Source: Stylophora pistillata
Taxonomy: Eukaryota
Reading direction: 5' to 3'
Assembly (NCBI RefSeq): GCF_002571385.2
Contig: NW_019217787.1
Span: forward strand, 213,428-277,427
DNA: 64,000 nt
In this document: positions 52,339-64,000 of the stretch, piece after piece
Layout: each line of letters starts with the position of its first letter
How positions within the stretch are numbered: the first letter of the stretch is position 1
Program-made: the position numbers and the translations under genes
Notes under the pieces: generated by a model
The model's input: only the letters and a program-made list of their open reading frames with translations
The model's database searches: none
Told to the model about the DNA's origin: nothing

Positions 52339-53176
52339 TAATTACAAGATCAGCTGTTGGGGTTATATTAAAAAAACCATCACCATTATTATTTTTGATA
52401 TGTTTCAACGGTTCCTGTTTAAGCTGGTTTTCAAGTATGATCAGAGTCTCCTACGTTACTGTTAATTTGTGATGTAAGTCTTATTTCACTGATGGCTTAA
52501 ATTTTGACAAGTGTAATGCGCTTTTGATCATTACATGTTAAAAAGCGCACTATAAATTAATAAATTATTATTATTAATGAAATCCACTCTATACTTAATA
52601 GGCAGGCGCGGTCGGCACGATTTCAACGAAAAGTGGCAAAATTCTAAACGAAGTGGAGGTATGTTTGTTTCTGCCTTTTGATACTAATGATCACTGGGTT
52701 CTTTCAGTGAAGCGAGGCGCGGCGCGTAAACTTTCCTTTTTTTACTGATTTTTTTTTACTGGGCGAATGACCTCCGAAAAGCAGGGACTATTTGTAGTTT
52801 ATTTCAGATATTTCAGAGATTTCAGAGTCGTGAACATGTCGGGGCCCATTTAATATTCTTCGCGCTGCGCATAACCGAAAATGATTTCGTCCAATGATGA
52901 ATGACAATTATATTTCCATCATACGCGATCATCAATCAACAACTGCTGCTTCCACCAAACACTGTGTCTGAATCGCTTATTGCAGTGTAACAGGAGTGAA
53001 CTCTCAAAAACTTTGCTCATTCATGGATGAATTCCTTGAACTTGTTTTTTTATTTATGGCTTCTATTGGCAGAATCGTTTCCACATTTGTCAGATGGCAG
53101 TGCCTCAAACCCGCAGTCGTCCTTGTTCTCCATTGTGGAGTCCCTTATGGAGGACTTCTTCCCCAGACGAAGATAG
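46461..53176 (+). CDS. HAX1: HCLS1-associated protein X-1-like
   Basis: Exons 46461-46537, 46861-47093, 47927-48051, 48490-48540, 49093-49156, 49941-50083, 51300-51347, 51852-51957, 52602-52658, 53094-53176; phases consistent. Motifs DIFRLLFG, SLRDRMLKGPD, DLDSQV, RRDYNGEEEVTITR, terminal LFSIVESLMEDFFPRRR*. Confidence 0.88.
48195..48400. mobile_element. Penelope-like inverted terminal-repeat pair with CTGACGA hammerhead core
   Basis: caactgagttgata..aattggccaccg followed by cggtggccaattt..tatcaactcagttg. Hammerhead-like motif on minus strand at 48243-48277. Confidence 0.7.
49691..49977 (+). repeat. 95-bp tandem repeat x3 duplicating a HAX1 acceptor and exon start
   Basis: tttaag|ACCTTGATAG at 49751, 49846, 49941. 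Confidence 0.95.
50441..50790 (-). mobile_element. tRNA-derived SINE with (CATA)n tail
   Basis: A box ggttagctcaattggttagagc, B box ggttcaagccc, plus the shared core. Confidence 0.85.
52033..52338 (+). mobile_element. tRNA-derived SINE (Meta/V-domain-like) with (ATT)n tail
   Basis: A box tggcgtagtggt, B box gttcgattc, body ggtttttctccggttactccggttttcccc, AATAAA plus (ATT)n. Confidence 0.85.
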
Positions 53177-54742
53177 CACTTTGGAATTCCTTACAATGAA
53201 ATAAGAAGTGTTTTGAAGTCTCAAAAATCACGCACGGAAACTGAGAAAGATCGTGGTTAAACGGGAACGACATTTTTATTGAAATCTTTCACATTTGTTC
53301 TGAGAGTTTTCAAACTTCCCTCAAATTATTTTCAAATGACAGTTCAAAGTAATGTGGGACTGGAATAGCTTTACCTTTCTTCGCTGAGCACCACTTTCCC
53401 AACCAACTGGACACACAACTAAAACCAATCGTGACTTGTTCGGTCATTCTCGTTTTTGCGTGTCATGAGGCTTGCTTCTCATTGGCTCCCTTTGATAATT
53501 TACCTCTCCCTAATTTGCTTTTATGATTGACTACTACTACATACTGTTTTTATGATTGACTACTGCGAGGATCGTATATCATATGTGACTACTGTTTGAT
53601 TTCTTTGTATATGGCTTCACGATGCTCAAATGAAAAGCGCCCTATGCAAATACAGTGCTGTCGAAAAATACACTTCCTTTACCCATACAAAATGTGATCC
53701 TCTGATAAACACGGTGACGCGGGAGAAAAAAGCTATATGCTTAAATAAAACGCCAATATGGATAAAATTTAGGAAATTGCATATTTTATTAACTTGTAAA
53801 CTTTAAGTCTGATTCCCTTTCAGACCATGGAAGCTGTCTTAATTACCAACAAACAAGATAACAACTGTGAAAATTTAATGTTTGAGAATTTGATCCACCA
53901 GAATAAAGGAAAACAGAACAGGGTAACTAGTGGCTTGTGTGAAGAGTATATGAAATGGTTCTTTCCTTTGCGACAAACGTTGTGTTATAATCGTTTCCCT
54001 ACCTTTCTAAACTTCTCCAAGAAGCTTTACTCTACTGTATCAATATCACCCATGATCCAGCTTTACGAAAAAAACATTGGTATACGTCATACGACCAGGC
54101 GTTGGGTCAAAATGACAGGAAAGGATGACGAGGCCATGGTATATTATCATATCGTGAATTTTTTCTTCCTTGTCGCAGGCTAAGAGCCACCTTGTAACCT
54201 GTAAATAACTACAAATCGTGGGCTACCGATGCGATACACCGTCAAACCGTTTCAGCGACAATAAATTCCTGCTCTTTCGTGGTTGTGCATGCTCACTATG
54301 TCATCGCAAATGATAACATGGTTCCTGCGTTGGCCGTGCCGAAATTAGGCCATTTTTGTAGGTATTTCAATGCTCTTTGAAAGAAACTGGAAAATGTTTA
54401 TCTTTAAATTGCTACCACGAACACCGATCTTGCTTTGTTTGACACAAATACTAAATAAAATGTTTATTTAAACGAAATCCTGATCATAGTATTTTCAAAC
54501 CACCAATAATAAGTGTTTCGACTAAAGTGCACCGAAGATGAACAGGGTAACGTGGAAAGTGGTGAAGAGGGAAAGAAATGTAGACAATATAGAACGACAC
54601 GTAACAAGAACTACTGGGTGATCAGACAAGCAGATTAGAAAACAACAAAAGGGCAGTAAAATCAAGCGAGCAACAGATCCTTTCATGGTGAACCATTTAC
54701 GTGTTTAGTGCCGTGAAGCTACCAGGAAGGTTTGTTGATAGC

Positions 54743-54921
54743 GGGTCTCTATAAGGTGAACCGATAGCCGTAAAACGGCCAAAAAGTTTAGCCGTTAGGC
54801 GTAAACATTGAAAATTTTAATCGATAGTCGTAAAAATATTTAACAGTAAAAGACATTTCTGGTAACAACAGTTGAATAATATTAACCGTTAGACGTAAAA
54901 GCCATCACCTCACTGAGACCG
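54743..54921. mobile_element. Short MITE-like element with internal ccgttagccgtaaaa-like repeats
   Basis: Inverted ends ggtctc ... gagacc and 4-5 degenerate internal units. Confidence 0.5.
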
Positions 54922-55033
54922 TCTTGATACATGGCATGAACTATTTCAAGAGGTGGTATTGGGATTAGCGTTAGAGTTGTTAATTAAAAAGACAAGATAA
55001 CGAAGACAATAGTAACAAACATTTTTTGAATAA

Positions 55034-55370
55034 AGGCTGATAGTTTCGAAAGAAACTGTTTGGGGCTGCGTCGGTGGGAGTAACGAAATAATTTGGATAT
55101 ATCAACAAAGTTGAAATGGTAAATTGGCCACCGTAATGATTACAAAAGCTGACGTTTCGAGCGTTAGCCCTTCGTCGGAGCGAATAGAGGAATTGTGGGT
55201 TGTGTGTGCTTTTAAAGGCAGAAAATGGAGCTACGTTATTGGTGGGTGCATGGCAACGAGAAAAACATGAATAAATTAGTGGAATGAAAAGCGTTCATTG
55301 ATCCCTGTGGGATTTAGACTGCCGGTTTGAAAGATGAGCTTTTGTTCAAGATTTTTACGGCTTTCCGTGC
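55034..55370 (-). mobile_element. Penelope-like retroelement 3' end (GIY-YIG C-terminus + terminal repeat)
   Basis: Minus strand encodes STESRKNLEQKLIFQTGSLNPTGINERFSFH*, followed by the repeat carrying a hammerhead motif. Confidence 0.85.
55147..55183 (-). ncRNA. Minimal type-I hammerhead ribozyme-like motif
   Basis: GCU-CCGACGA-A-GGGC-UAAC-GCUC-GAA-ACGU-C/AGC: short stem I, stem II hairpin, palindromic ACGU stem III, GUC cleavage triplet. Confidence 0.65.
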
Positions 55371-55796
55371 TAGCAAGTGGGGCGCGGTGGTAACCCGCTT
55401 GAACGACAGAAACAGGGTAACCACGTTTATCGAAGAACTGGCACACTGACTCTGATTTGTGGTGGAAATCAGGTCATTACTACATAAACGACGAAGTCTT
55501 CATTTCATTTTTATTATCATCTCGATTTGTAGTTCAAAATTAAATTTACGAATGTGTAGAACAGCAATGGATAGAACAAACAACGGTGTGTCATAGTAAC
55601 ATCTGGTCTCAGCTATATAATGTCCAAATGAATCATTTACATCACATTTTTGTCATTTCCAGTTACTATGGTCACAGTTGGATGACGCTTTGTCGTGAAC
55701 CAAACCTGACGTCAAAGCATAACTACCACTGCCCTGAGTCACGTTTGTTTAGATAGCTCGTGAATTACTTCCACTCCCAACCTATCAATTTTACTG

Positions 55797-64000
<8,204 letters not shown>

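Overview
Eukaryotic, AT-rich, intron-rich animal DNA from a draft assembly (N gaps 27483-28430, 32522-33190, 43298-43516, 50418-50440, 62125-62135; single n at 39640, 44453, 49631). Gene structure and repeat families suggest a cnidarian, probably a stony coral (inference). Six spliced genes were rebuilt by hand with phase-checked junctions: CCNQ/FAM58A (-, runs off the left edge) head-to-head with UQCR11 (+, missed by the ORF track); MEX3 (-) in a long TE-poor block; COG1 (-, one exon missing) head-to-head with HAX1 (+); and a BLM-type RecQ helicase (-, runs off the right edge) that appears to lack the HRDC domain. Mobile DNA includes a 2.7-kb IS3EU-like element (6-bp TSD, inverted 21-bp minisatellite arms, two convergent truncated genes, nested LINE), Penelope-like fragments with minimal hammerhead motifs, SINEs sharing one core but with different heads and tails, and several MITEs. 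Several tandem arrays duplicate splice sites. Family assignments come from recalled motifs, not database searches.
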